Below, one piece after another: positions 1 to 14,285 of a stretch of DNA of 64,000 nt. The notes below the pieces were generated by a model that was not told where the DNA came from, searched no databases, and saw only the letters and a program-made list of their open reading frames with translations. The stretch is from Octopus sinensis. Lineage: Eukaryota. A program made the translations under genes and the position numbers. The DNA is taken from the NCBI RefSeq assembly GCF_006345805.1, contig NC_043006.1, forward strand, positions 3,720,001 to 3,784,000. Reading direction: 5' to 3'. Numbering within the stretch: the stretch's first letter is position 1; each line of letters opens with the position of its first letter.

Positions 1-45
1 ACTTGGAGCCAGCTTATGCAAATGTAAAGCAAAAGTCATACAGAG
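1..45 (+). mobile_element. 3' terminal stub of R4/Dong LINE (subfamily A) followed by (TAA)n
   Basis: Matches the 3' end at 2816-2860 (acttggagccaacttgtacaaatacaaagcaaaagtcaaaca) and is followed by an AAT repeat. Confidence 0.8.
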
Positions 46-65
46 AATAATAATAATAATAATAA

Positions 66-613
66 CTGATGCAGTACCAGGCAGAGGCTCTCATGGCTTC
101 TGATCTTAACTGATTGGAAGTGTTATGTACATTGTTCTGTCTTGGTATAAAAGATGGGCTACAGCAAATATTCTGCTCAATACCACAGATTTGCTTGTCA
201 GTTGTTTGACCGTAACCAGTTGAGCATGTCCCTTAGTGGCTGACGATATGTGCATCTCTGATCACGATCAGAAGTAGTGGGGGAGCATCATAGCCATGTG
301 TTGAGAGGGATTCTTTGGGGTTTGAATAATTCACCTCTGGAGACATGGGTGGGTTTTTCAACATCCTTAAACAACCCTTATTCAGGGACCGTTTGAGCGG
401 GATGGGCTACTCAACCTGAAGAAAATTCTAACTGGGCCCCACCTGCAAGGTCATGTGCAGTTTATCTTGATATGAGATCACCATGCCGCGCACATATGGT
501 TGTGATGCATGTGCCTGGTGTGCCCTTATCAGACGGGTAGTCATGATGGGTATATTGGGCTTCGTATATTTTACCCCAGTGTCACTTTGATGGCATGCTC
601 TGCTCGCTCACTC
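66..613 (+). mobile_element. Unidentified non-coding repeat 'element X', longest copy, flanked by (TAA)n
   Basis: Homologous to 3040-3176 (+) and 35038-35507 (-). All three share the end ...gatggcatg...ctcactc(AAT)n. No ORF seen. Confidence 0.75.
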
Positions 614-3305
<2,692 letters not shown>

Positions 3306-3364
3306 AAGAATAATGTTTTCTTTATTCACCACTAAGTGTTCATATAAAAAAATTGTAAATATAA

Positions 3365-3530
3365 AATGATGGTAAATAGGCAGCAATTTCGGTGAAGGAA
3401 TGAGTCATTGACCCCAGCTGATGTAAGGCTACGTTGACTTCAGCAGTGTTTGAACTGAGAATGTAAAGAATTGGAACAAAACCTATAGAACATATTTCCG
3501 ACGCTCTAAAGATTCTGCCATCTCACCATT
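3365..3530 (-). mobile_element. tRNA-derived SINE type B, decayed
   Basis: Reverse complement reads ggtgagatggcagaatc...cagttcaaac...ggggtcaatgac, as in the other type B copies. Confidence 0.6.
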
Positions 3531-3747
3531 GTTTATTAGTTACAAGAACTCGAAAGCAAACAATAAACCGCAGGAAACATTGACCAAGGAACTATAAATA
3601 AATGTGATGTAGAATATCGATAAGTCACAGAAGGACAATAGTTGAGATGACATTTAATAACCAACATATAAAGAGATGAATGTATGTCAATGTATGTGCG
3701 TTTGTATGTATGTGTGTATGTATGTACGTACCTACGTATGTATGTAT

Positions 3748-4080
3748 TATGTCATTATTCACTTTAATTTCAAGAAGGTCCCTTCAGCGGAATTTCAACA
3801 TTAACAGGGTATTTTTCTATGTATGTGTGTATGATTTTCCTTTGAGATTTATTTAAGTTCTTGAGAGAGTTCAAGTCGATCGCTAACAAAGCAACAAGTC
3901 TTGTTGAGTTAAGAGATTTCCCGGTGTTTGTAACTTTGTGACTGAGTGGGATGTGCTGTTTGAACTTTCAATGCATACACCAAAGTTTATGCATCTTTTC
4001 ATACAATAATCTCACCTTTTTTGTAATGAGAATGTTTGTAATGTCTTACTAAGACATTTTGGGTAAACGTTCAGAGATTG
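3748..4080 (-). mobile_element. 3' end of unidentified retroelement with (TACA)n tail
   Basis: 3748-3812 is homologous to 42151-42259. Both abut (TATG)n on the + strand. Confidence 0.45.
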
Positions 4081-4094
4081 TTGATTGATGCCTT

Positions 4095-4420
4095 TTCTCA
4101 CTCTAACTGGCACTCCGTTGGTTAAGACGGCGAGAGTTTCAGCCAATAGTACAGCCTGCTCGTGAAATTAACGTGCAAGAAGCGGAGCACTCCATAGACC
4201 GATGTATTCTTAATGGAATTCTCAGCTTGATTCAGCATGACATAGAATGTGACGAGGCTGCTCTATTGAAATACCGGTACTACTCAATTTTGCCAAGTGG
4301 GTGGACTGGAGCAATGTGAAACAAAGTATCTTGCTGAAGAACACAACGCACTGCTGGGAATCGAACTCAAAATCTTACGATCGTGAGCCGAAGACGCTAA
4401 CCACTAAACCACGTGCCTTG
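4095..4420 (-). mobile_element. tRNA-derived SINE type D
   Basis: The reverse complement has a box A (tggtttagtgg) and box B (gagttcgattc) head and a 3' end matching 41345-41645 and 11740-11852. Confidence 0.75.
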
Positions 4421-4649
4421 AAAAAGCTTCAAAGACAAGCATCGTTTGATTTTTAGCATCTGTGTTTAGCTCTGTTTTATATGTTGCACATTACGGCTGA
4501 CTCTAACCAAAAACGTCAAGACACTGAATGAAGAATTATGATAATTCAAAGACTTATGGTAATAAGGGCTTTGGAACGTATAGTGAAAAAGGGTGGCTGG
4601 GCATATGCCCCAGAGCACCGTAGCCTTACATACCATCATCTTGCAACTT

Positions 4650-6225
4650 CAACAAAGTTTGATTGCAGGGATATTAAGACCTTATTTGATTATGAATCCT
4701 CTAGAAGGTGCCCGAAAGAATAACAGCGTGATAGTAAAGGAGTTGCAGTGATACAACATGGATGTGATGGCCTTGTCTGAAATGAGACTCTCTGAAAGGG
4801 GTCACTTCACAAAGTAATCGTGTGGTTATTCGTTTTATTGGAGTGAGAGAAGGAAAGGGTACGAGAGGAAGCTTAGTGCAGCGTCTGCAGTAAAGAAATT
4901 CATTGTTTCTTGGTTGGAAGATTTACGTGAATTTATTGATCGCTTGATACCAGTAAGGATGCCATTGTCAAATAACAGATTTGTTACCCGAGTGAGCACC
5001 TACGCTCCAACCATGCGTTCTTCTGAAGATGAAAAACTATCATTTTATTTGTTGCTAAAGGAGCTTGTCCGGAAGATTCCTTGTACTGATGAAATTGTCA
5101 TACTTTATGATTTCAACGCTAAAGTTGGCAAGAATTACGAAACGTAGCATGTAATCGGAAAACATGGAATCGGAAAGAGCAATAGAATTGGCTTGTTACT
5201 GCTACAAGTGTGTCAGGAACTAGATTTGCGCATAGTAAGCACTATGTTCCAGTAGAAGCATTAACATAATACAACCTGGATGCATTCAGACTCGAAGCAT
5301 TAAAAGAGAATTGATTTTCTTTTGGTTTGCGTGAGTGATGTTCGTAATGTGTGTAGCCTCCGCGTTACGCAAGGAGATGAATACTGAATTGGCTATCGCC
5401 TTGTTCGTGCGAAGATGAAGTTTATTATAAAACTGAAAGAACCCAGGATGTGACCATTCCAAAGAAACTAAATGTGATTTGTCTGAAAGTTGATATTATT
5501 AAGGAGGTTTTGGTGGAGAAAATGAATAGCGTTCAGTTCAATGATTCATGGGATGTGCTCAAAACGTTTTTGTATGGCGTTTGTAATGATTTTCTGTGTG
5601 TAGTGGAAAGAGAGCTTGAAGACTTGTGGGATGAAAATTATCAAACTCAGATACTTTTAGATGGAAAGGGTGCCCTTGATGGAGAGCCAGAAATGCATAG
5701 GAATGAAACAGCATACAAGGTGGTGATGTGTAAGATTCAGCATAGATTTCGTAGCTACAAGATGGAGGAAGAATTAACAGATTAGATTCAATCTATATCT
5801 GACTCCAACACTAGGAAGCTTCAGTATAATTTGTTGTGAGAGGTTTATAGGCCATATTCTCCTCACGTTACTCCTTTATGTACCCTAGATGGCAAATAAT
5901 GTCTCAGGGATCCTGAAGATATTCTTGTCGGGAAGCAAGAACACTTTTAAATATGCCGACTCAATTTGATGAGTTTGTTGGCTTCATTCTCTACATAGCC
6001 CCCCCCCCAAAAAAAAAACAGAACATATTGTAGATCCTGCTACTCTTATTGAACTTGAAAATGATGTAAAAAGCTAGATGGAGGCAAGTCGTCTGTGATG
6101 GAATCTCTTTGTATTGAGATCTTGAAATGTGGAAGTGAAAACTTCCTTCAACATCTAATTTAATGCCGAAGGTTTGAATTGAATAGAGTGTTTCAAGAGA
6201 CTAGAAAGAATGCAAATGTAAATCC
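4650..6225 (+). mobile_element. Decayed RTE-clade LINE, APE endonuclease plus linker
   Basis: Broken frames give DVMALSEMRL, VSTYAPTMRSSEDEKLSFY, YDFNAKVG, HVIGKHGIG and TTWMH, which are typical RTE APE motifs. Many stops. Confidence 0.85.
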
Positions 6226-6464
6226 TAATTGAACGAGTGGAGCATGTAAAATCCAGGCCACACGCTTCCTAGCCAGTAGATCCACCGATGTAATAATGAC
6301 TCGCCGAGGGGTAGTTTGCTCGCTGTCGATCAGGCCGAAAATACTTTAATTATAAGAAGATTACAGTAAGGAATCTCAAATTAACTCACTGAAGATATAA
6401 GTTGAAATTTCATAAGCGAATCATACGGCCCTTTAAAACATCATATATATATGTATATATAAAA

Positions 6465-6645
6465 TTAATTAATCCAAAAATACTGAGAAAAAACACAGGA
6501 CAAAATAACAACGCGAGAACGCGGTACATGCAAAGTATTAAAAGACGCTCAGGGAAGGAAAGAATGGGGGTTTTACGTTTCGATCAAGGCCCTTCTTCAG
6601 AAACAGAAGGAAAAAGAAAGTCCAAGAGAAAAGGAAGACGTATAT
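6465..6645 (-). mobile_element. Penelope-like terminal-repeat fragment
   Basis: Homologous in inverted orientation to 6945-7133, carries a hammerhead-like core and ends in (TA)n. Confidence 0.6.
6566..6610 (-). ncRNA. Minimal type I hammerhead ribozyme-like motif
   Basis: Minus strand: gttt CTGAAGA a gggc ctt gatc GAAAC GTA aaac. The core is canonical, helix I is GTTT/AAAC, and helix II is partly decayed. Confidence 0.55.
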
Positions 6646-6944
6646 ATATATTTATCACGGGTTTCTTTCAGTTCCAAATCCACTCGCGATGCCTTGGTCA
6701 GCCTGAGGCTATTGTAGAAGACACTTGACCCAGGTGCCACGCAGAAGGACTGAATCCCGAATCACACACCCACGATCACTAGAAATCTAGTTAAGTGCAA
6801 GTGAATATTCTTTCGCTGATAAGGCCTAAACAAATCGAAACATGTCCGCTCGTCAGTTGACTACAAGAACAAGTTCAACTCAAGACTGCATTGTTTGAAT
6901 TTTTCAAAATTGCAGAACGAGTCCAAGAAAAGAGAAGATATTTG

Positions 6945-7128
6945 GCGCCTTTTTTTCCTCTGTCTTCCCTTCTCTGGATCTTTCCTTCTCCTATGTTTCC
7001 GACGAAGAGCCCCGCTCGAAACGTTAAACCCTCCTTCTTCCCTTCTTTCCTGAGCGTCCAATAATACCATATTTGTTCCACGTCCTCGCGTTGTTGTGTT
7101 TTTTTTTTGTGTTTTCTTGTTTGGATTA

Positions 7129-7133
<5 letters not shown>
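6945..7133 (+). mobile_element. Penelope-like terminal-repeat fragment
   Basis: Shares cctgagcgtc...ctcgcgttgtt...ttggattaa with the 6465-6645 copy and runs into (TA)n. Confidence 0.6.
6995..7029 (+). ncRNA. Minimal type I hammerhead ribozyme-like motif (U4C variant)
   Basis: gttt CCGACGA a gagc ccc gctc GAAAC GTT aaac, with perfect helix II and helix I. Confidence 0.55.
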
Positions 7134-7180
<47 letters not shown>

Positions 7181-7193
7181 TATATATATATAT

Positions 7194-7226
<33 letters not shown>

Positions 7227-7338
7227 TATGTGTGTGTGTGTGTGTGTATCTATATATATATATTTATATATATATACATATATATAATTGTATATATTTG
7301 TATATATTTATATATTCATATACATATATTTTTATATA

Positions 7339-7379
<41 letters not shown>

Positions 7380-7393
7380 TATATATACATACA

Positions 7394-7452
<59 letters not shown>

Positions 7453-7543
7453 ATCTATATATATATATTTATATATATATACATATATATAATTGTATAT
7501 ATTTGTATATATTTATATATTCATATACATATATTTTTATATA

Positions 7544-7629
<86 letters not shown>

Positions 7630-7962
7630 GTGAGTGATATATAGTTATATATATGTGCGTGTGTATGTGTGCGCGCTTGTGTGTACATACACACACACAC
7701 CATATGTGGTTATATATATACATATATATATACAAACACACACCTGTATGTATGTATGTATGTCTCCTGTGTGTATTCTGTTTGTATGTATATTTCATTT
7801 CAATCTGCAGAATTAGCAGCGCCCAGAGAACGCATAAATATTTACATATATATTTATATATGCTTGCATACATACCACACATATAAAAATGCATAGGCAG
7901 CTCATACATATACGTACGCATGCATGTATGTATGTATGTATATCTGCATGCATGTATATATA

Positions 7963-7998
<36 letters not shown>

Positions 7999-8300
7999 TA
8001 TATGTATGTATGTATGTATGTATTATGTACCAGCGTACGTGCGTACTAATAAATGTACGTGCACACTCACGCAGAGTTACCCCTTGGACAAGCTTGCACA
8101 CTTGCATATTCGTGTGTACACCTGCACGCGCGTACATACACACACGCACATATTTACATACATATACACACATATATATATATATTCATACACATACGTA
8201 CATACATTCATACACACACACATAAATACATGTGTATCTGTTCGTGAGTGTGTTCGTGTGTGTGTGTGTATGTGTGTGTGCGCGCACACACACACATATT
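7133..8300. repeat. Compound (TA)n/(TACA)n/(TG)n/(GA)n microsatellite block with ~190-bp tandem duplication
   Basis: Direct reading. The unit at ~7197-7385 is repeated at ~7387-7588. Confidence 0.9.
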
Positions 8301-8625
8301 CTGTGTTTATTCCTGTTTGGTATAGGATTTATTTTTATTCTCTAGCCTCTCAGTAATTTGTATCTTGGTTGCCAATTAAAAAGAAGCGTATATGACAAGT
8401 GATTCTGTTTGACACGGCTGCGCAATCCCAGACGCCGGCTGATCTGTCATCACGGAACAATGAAATACTGAGACTTGTCTTGGCTTCTGTAAAACCAGTC
8501 TCCCGGGAATTCCATAATAACTTCGTTTGAACAGATTTGCTTCAGAAGTTTCCTGTGATAGACATAACAGACTTGGCCAGCACCTGCAGACATATTATAA
8601 TGGTTTGAAGACGGAAAATAAGAGA

Positions 8626-8629
<4 letters not shown>

Positions 8630-8665
<36 letters not shown>

Positions 8666-8702
8666 GACAGAGACAGACAGACACAGACAGACAGAGCGAC
8701 AG

Positions 8703-8769
<67 letters not shown>

Positions 8770-8772
8770 AAC

Positions 8773-8849
<77 letters not shown>

Positions 8850-8875
8850 CGGATAGATAGATAGGTAGGAGAGTA
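8630..8875. repeat. (GA)n-(GACA)n-(GATA)n array
   Basis: Direct reading. Confidence 0.95.
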
Positions 8876-9046
8876 AAGAGATAGACAAACAGAAAAAAAA
8901 AAGACAAACAGAATAGAGATGGCGAAGCACAGGGAAAGGGAATCGGGATTGAGAGCGTAGAAGAGAGCAGAATGAAAGAACTTCGGGAAATACAGAAGAA
9001 AAACCAAATGACAGAGAGAGAGTGAGCGAGAGAGAGAGACAGACAT

Positions 9047-9077
<31 letters not shown>

Positions 9078-9265
9078 TCAAAGTACTGAAAGAAATAGTC
9101 GAATAGATGACAAGTAAGATGTGATTTGTGTGTATGTTTGCGTAAATTACGTATGTGTTTCTGTGTGTGTATCGCAAGTTATTTCGTTGTAGTTATTTGG
9201 TTGTCTGTGTCTATATATTTATACGCACGCGCGCACACACACACATATACAGCTAGCTAGCTTCC

Positions 9266-9313
<48 letters not shown>

Positions 9314-9787
9314 CAGACAGACATACGCGTCTTTACGTGTGTGCATATGTCTAAAATAGATAGACAAAGGGGCAGGTATATAGATAGATAATTAGAGAGA
9401 GCAACAGAGATTTGAACCTTAGTTCCTCGTTTCGCGTTATCTACCGCGTTTATAGCCTCATGGATGGATAGATAAAAACGGAAAAGCACTTGTCACGTGA
9501 AGAGTAGTACAAAATAGAAGGATAGTTTATGATGAGGCTTCATAGAACGAATCGTGCTGAATACCTCCCTAACCTGCCAACGCATTGGCGACTTTCCTCT
9601 AAGCACGTGACATTTAGAAATTACTCTTAATTTCTTGGATTTATCTCCCCTTTTTTACTGGAACCCAAACAGTCAATTCTTGATTTTTTATCCAGTCGAT
9701 ATGGTAATTGAACGAATTAAAAATTACCCATATTTTTAGCTATGTAAATCTACTGCTTAGCTATGTAAATCTATTGCTAATAAATTA

Positions 9788-10200
9788 GGCGTAGCTGTGT
9801 GGTAAGAGGTTTGCTTTCCAATCAAATGGTTCCGGGTTCAGTCCTATTGCGTGGCACACTGAGCGAGTTTCTTCTACTATGGTCTGAGGCCAACCAAAGC
9901 TTTATGAGCGGATTTGATAGAGGGAACCCGAAAGAAGCCCACCGTATATATATATGTGTATGTGTGTGTGTGTGTGTCTGCGTGTGTGTGAGCTTTTGTG
10001 TCTATATTCTTCACCCACTACCGCTGTTGGTGTGTTTACATCCCCGTTACTTAGCAATTCGGCAAAACAGGCCGAGAGAATATTACCAGGCTTAAAAAGA
10101 AAATAATTACTGGAGTTGATTCACTCGACTAAAAATTTTTCAAGATGATGCTTCAATATGACAGCTGTCTACTGACTGATGCCAATAAAAGATAAAAGAT
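9788..10200 (+). mobile_element. tRNA-derived SINE type A with internal (TA)n(TG)n
   Basis: Head tagctgtgtggtaaga...gggttcagtcc, internal microsatellite, and 3' part as in 62561-63003. Confidence 0.8.
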
Positions 10201-10203
10201 AAT

Positions 10204-10598
10204 TATATATATATAAAAGCGAAGTTGTGTCTGTCTCCCACGATTTCGATTCCTAATTACTCCCACATTTTGCGGTGCAGTGTAATCAAAAGCGGGTATT
10301 TTATAGTCGTGATTCATATCGAGCCCTTCTGTGTATTAGCGCGCGTCTACGTTGAGTCTACGATTAAAAAAAAAAAATTACCATTAGTTTTTTCCCATTT
10401 TTTATGCATTTTTTTGCTATTATATAAGGGAAGTAACTCTCTAAAAATGTATTATTAAATCTCAGAACGTAAAAAGCTACAGTAACACCCCCCTTTGTGG
10501 TTAGCCATATTGAGATGGCTATTATACTTTACATCTCTAAAAATGGTTATATAGTTATTTCCCTTACAAACCCGAGCAACGCCGGGCGATACTGCTAG
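10204..10598 (+). mobile_element. Non-autonomous Helitron
   Basis: TATATAAAA 5' end, 3' hairpin cccgagcaacgccggg followed by CTAG|T. The 3' part is shared with 17380-17761. Confidence 0.75.
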
Positions 10599-10761
10599 TA
10601 TATATATATATATATATAGGATTTCTCATCAAGAGTAGAGTCCACAGTGATCCGTGTGTAGGAGAGGTGCAGCCGGAGGGTAAATATCCAAACATCTGTT
10701 TGTTTTGTACACCACCTGTCTTCGTCTTTTATTTCTTTCGTAAACTCTCCCTATACATACA

Positions 10762-10858
<97 letters not shown>

Positions 10859-11044
10859 ATATAATATATTAAATTCAAATTACGATGACGTAAACAAACA
10901 AACGAAGTTTGCTTTAGAAACGTTGAAATGTCTTAGAAAGTTAAAGAAGTGATTTTACATTCTCAAACGCAGGATAATCTAGCCTGAACAGGATAAGCTA
11001 CCCCTATTTTGCAGGAAAAAGTGTTGGCGACCGGCTAATATATA

Positions 11045-11432
11045 TTCTTTTATTCTTTTACTTGTTTCAATCTTTTGACTGCGGCGATGCTGGAGCACCG
11101 CCTTTAGTCGAACAAATCGACACCAGGACTTATTCTTTGTATGCCTAGTACTTATTCTATCCGTGTTTTTCGCCGAACTGCTAGATTACGGGGACGTAAA
11201 CACACCAACATTGATTGTCAAGCGATTCTGGAACACAGACACGCACTTATACACATACACACGCATGTATTGACGAGCTTCTTTCAGTTTCCGCCAACCA
11301 AAGCTACTCACAAGGCTTTAGTCTGGATTGAGGCTATAGTAGAAGACACTTACCCAAGGTACCACGCAGTGGGTCTGTACCCGGAACCATGTGGTTAGGT
11401 ACCAAGCTTCTTTCCACACAGCCTCTTCTGCG
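11045..11432 (-). mobile_element. SINE type A
   Basis: Reverse-complement match to 62561-63003. Confidence 0.85.
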
Positions 11433-11739
11433 CCTATAGCAGTAATTCGCACACATACACACACACACACATACAAACCTTTGTCAGTTGACCAGGCAAG
11501 CTTAAGTAGATATATTAATCTGATGTCAATAAGCCGAAACATATGTCCATAGTTATCTTTTGTCCCCTAACAATGATGAAACACCCCTCTAAGCTTATAA
11601 ACTAACTTTGAGAAATTAATTTTTCTAAAATTATCTTCCCTTATTTTGGGAGCTGCATGTACAATTCTACGTAGGGTTTTGTTTCCTTTCTCCAAGGTGG
11701 AACATTCAATGAATTAAGAATTTCCTTGTACGGTACTCA

Positions 11740-11852
11740 GTACATTCACGTGACTGTGGAGTGCTCAGCCACTTGCACGTTAATTTCACGAGCAGGCTGT
11801 TCCGTTGCTCGGATCAACTGGAACCCTCGTCGTCGTCGTAACCGGCGGAGGA
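11740..11852 (+). mobile_element. SINE type D 3' fragment
   Basis: Matches 41535-41645 (gtggagtgctcagcc...ctcgtcgtcgtaaccg). Confidence 0.7.
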
Positions 11853-12218
11853 CCAAGAGAACGCAGAACGTTACTCCTTTACTTTCTAATACACAAAATA
11901 ACGTTAACTGGGGAGAGAGACAGAGAGGATGAGAAGAGAGCGAGAGAGAGCGAGAGAGAGAGAAAATGAAAGAGAGAGAATGACGAAGAATAAAAGAGGA
12001 AAAGAGAGAAAGATAGAGAATTAGTAAAGGAAACGAGAGAGAGAGAAAGGGAGAGACCAGGTACTCTGTCATTCTTGTGATACTCATTTTCGCCGGTGAA
12101 GTGAAATGGAACAACGTGATATACAGTGTCTTGTCAAAGAGCATAGAATACCCCTGGGACTGGGAATCGAACCGACGATCTTATTACCGAGCAGCCAACA
12201 TAATATTTTCTATCATAG

Positions 12219-12625
12219 CCACTGGACGACTAAAGCTTTCTGGGTGGATTCGGTGGACGGAAACTGAAAGAAAGCAATCGTATGTTTAAATATGTATGAA
12301 TCTATATATGTGTGTGTGTGTGCGCGCGCGCTTGTGTATGTATATATATATAGATAGATAGATAGATAGATAGATCTGTGTGTATATGTGTGTATATATA
12401 TGTGTGTGTGTGAGTTTGTGTTTGAGTTTGTCCCCCACCATCGCTTCACAACAAGTGGCGGTTTGTTTACGTCCCCATAACGTATCAGTTCGGCAAAAAA
12501 AGAGAAGAAAATTCATAGAATAAGTACCAGACTAAATACCGGGATACATTTGATCGACTAAAACCCTTCCAGGCGGTGCTCCAGCATGGTCACAATCCAA
12601 TGACTGAAAGAAGTAAGAAAGGAAA
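12219..12625 (+). mobile_element. SINE type A, 5'-truncated
   Basis: aaagctttctgggtggatt...aaagaagc, expanded internal repeat, ccccaccatcgc...ggcggtgctccagcatgg. Confidence 0.8.
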
Positions 12626-13259
12626 GACAGAAGAGCAAAAACAACAACAATAAAATCCAGTATGGCCGACGAGAGAGCAAGAGATTGCAGAGGGAGATTT
12701 TGAGGCATAAATACAACGCTTATGTAACAATACAGAATAGTCTTTAGCCGTTCTTTAAATGTTTTGTGGTCTTGTGTCATCCTAATAAATCAATAAAGGT
12801 ATTTATCTATATTCTTTTTTTGCTCTCTCTTTTACATGAGTAGAAAGCGTGAAATATATAAAATTCGTAACAAAAGTGATTCGCTATTTTGATGCATTTT
12901 CTCAAAGTTGAACGCAGGACTGAAATACTGAATCACGTACACCTCTTCATATATTTTCTCTGAGGTGAATTTTTCGACGGGAAAGTTCTGAAACATTTTT
13001 TTTTTTTTTTTTTTTGCTTTGGTTTTGTTTTTTACAAACTGGGAATCAAAACTTGTTCGCTAATGTGGTGAGGATTCCTGGTGCTCTTAGCTCGATTCTT
13101 CACTGTCGTTGGTCACAGGGCGTGCATAGAAAGAAAAGTAAAAGCAAACACTTACAGGAAATTTGTTAATGTGCAAAATGTTTGAACATATTTACATTTC
13201 TATTCATATTACGGCGTACAAAGGACTTTGAAAACGACCGATATGGTATAATGATCAGG

Positions 13260-13262
13260 GCC

Positions 13263-13307
<45 letters not shown>

Positions 13308-14238
13308 CATATACACACACACTCACACATATATGTAGTATGAACGTGTCTGTACGTATGTACGTATGTATGTATGTATTTATGTATGTATGTATATATA
13401 TATATATATACATATGTGTGTGTATGTATATATATATGTATATATATATATGTGTGTGTGTGTGTATGTATCTATATATGTATGTGTGTGTGTGTAAATA
13501 TGGTTGTATGAAAGAATGTAAATATACATTTATGTGGAACAAACCCACCATAGATCTGGCAGGAACACAGTTCAAATGAGGACTCAATACATACATACAC
13601 ACATACATACATACATATGTGTGCGTGCGTGTGCTTGTGTGTGTATGTATACACACACACACACACACACATTATATATATATATATATACATACATATA
13701 TACATATATATATATGTGAGAGTATACACATATATATATATATATGTGTGTGTGTATGTGTGTTTGCATGCATATATGTACGTATGTATGTATACATAAA
13801 TGCATGAATTTATATAAATATATGTAGGGAGAGAAATGGAGGCAAAGTAAATGCGTGAGGGTGTGTGTATATATATGTATGTTTGTATATATCTGTCTGA
13901 GTACGTATGCGTATGCATGTGTATGTGCGCGCGCGTGTGTGTGTATTTGTGTGTTCGTGTGGGTGCGTGCATGTGTGCATTCCTGTGTTCGCGCGCGCGC
14001 GTGTATGTGTGTGCGTGTGTGCCTGTCTCTTACGTGTTGACGTGTTTGCATTGCATTGCACCGATGAATCTACCTATATTGCATCGTTCAAAAGGAAGTT
14101 ACATATCATTAGATGTGTCGCTTCGTTGCTTTCAAAAGACCGTTTTATACAAGACACAGAGAGTGACTGCACCTCTCCTATATCCCTATATGTTTTAGAA
14201 ATTACACACACACGCATGTATGTATATATATATATATA

Positions 14239-14285
<47 letters not shown>

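Noticed and set aside
6811-6858. Additional degenerate hammerhead-like strings (also ~11520-11550, ~32915-32935 and ~51690-51725)
   Set aside because: Core substitutions plus missing helices make them too decayed to support.
7107-8356. Long ORFs such as [28 protein letters not shown] and poly-I/poly-L (also at 13-15, 31-32, 40-41, 46-47 and 62-63 kb)
   Set aside because: They are translations of stop-free microsatellites, often open in several overlapping frames on both strands.
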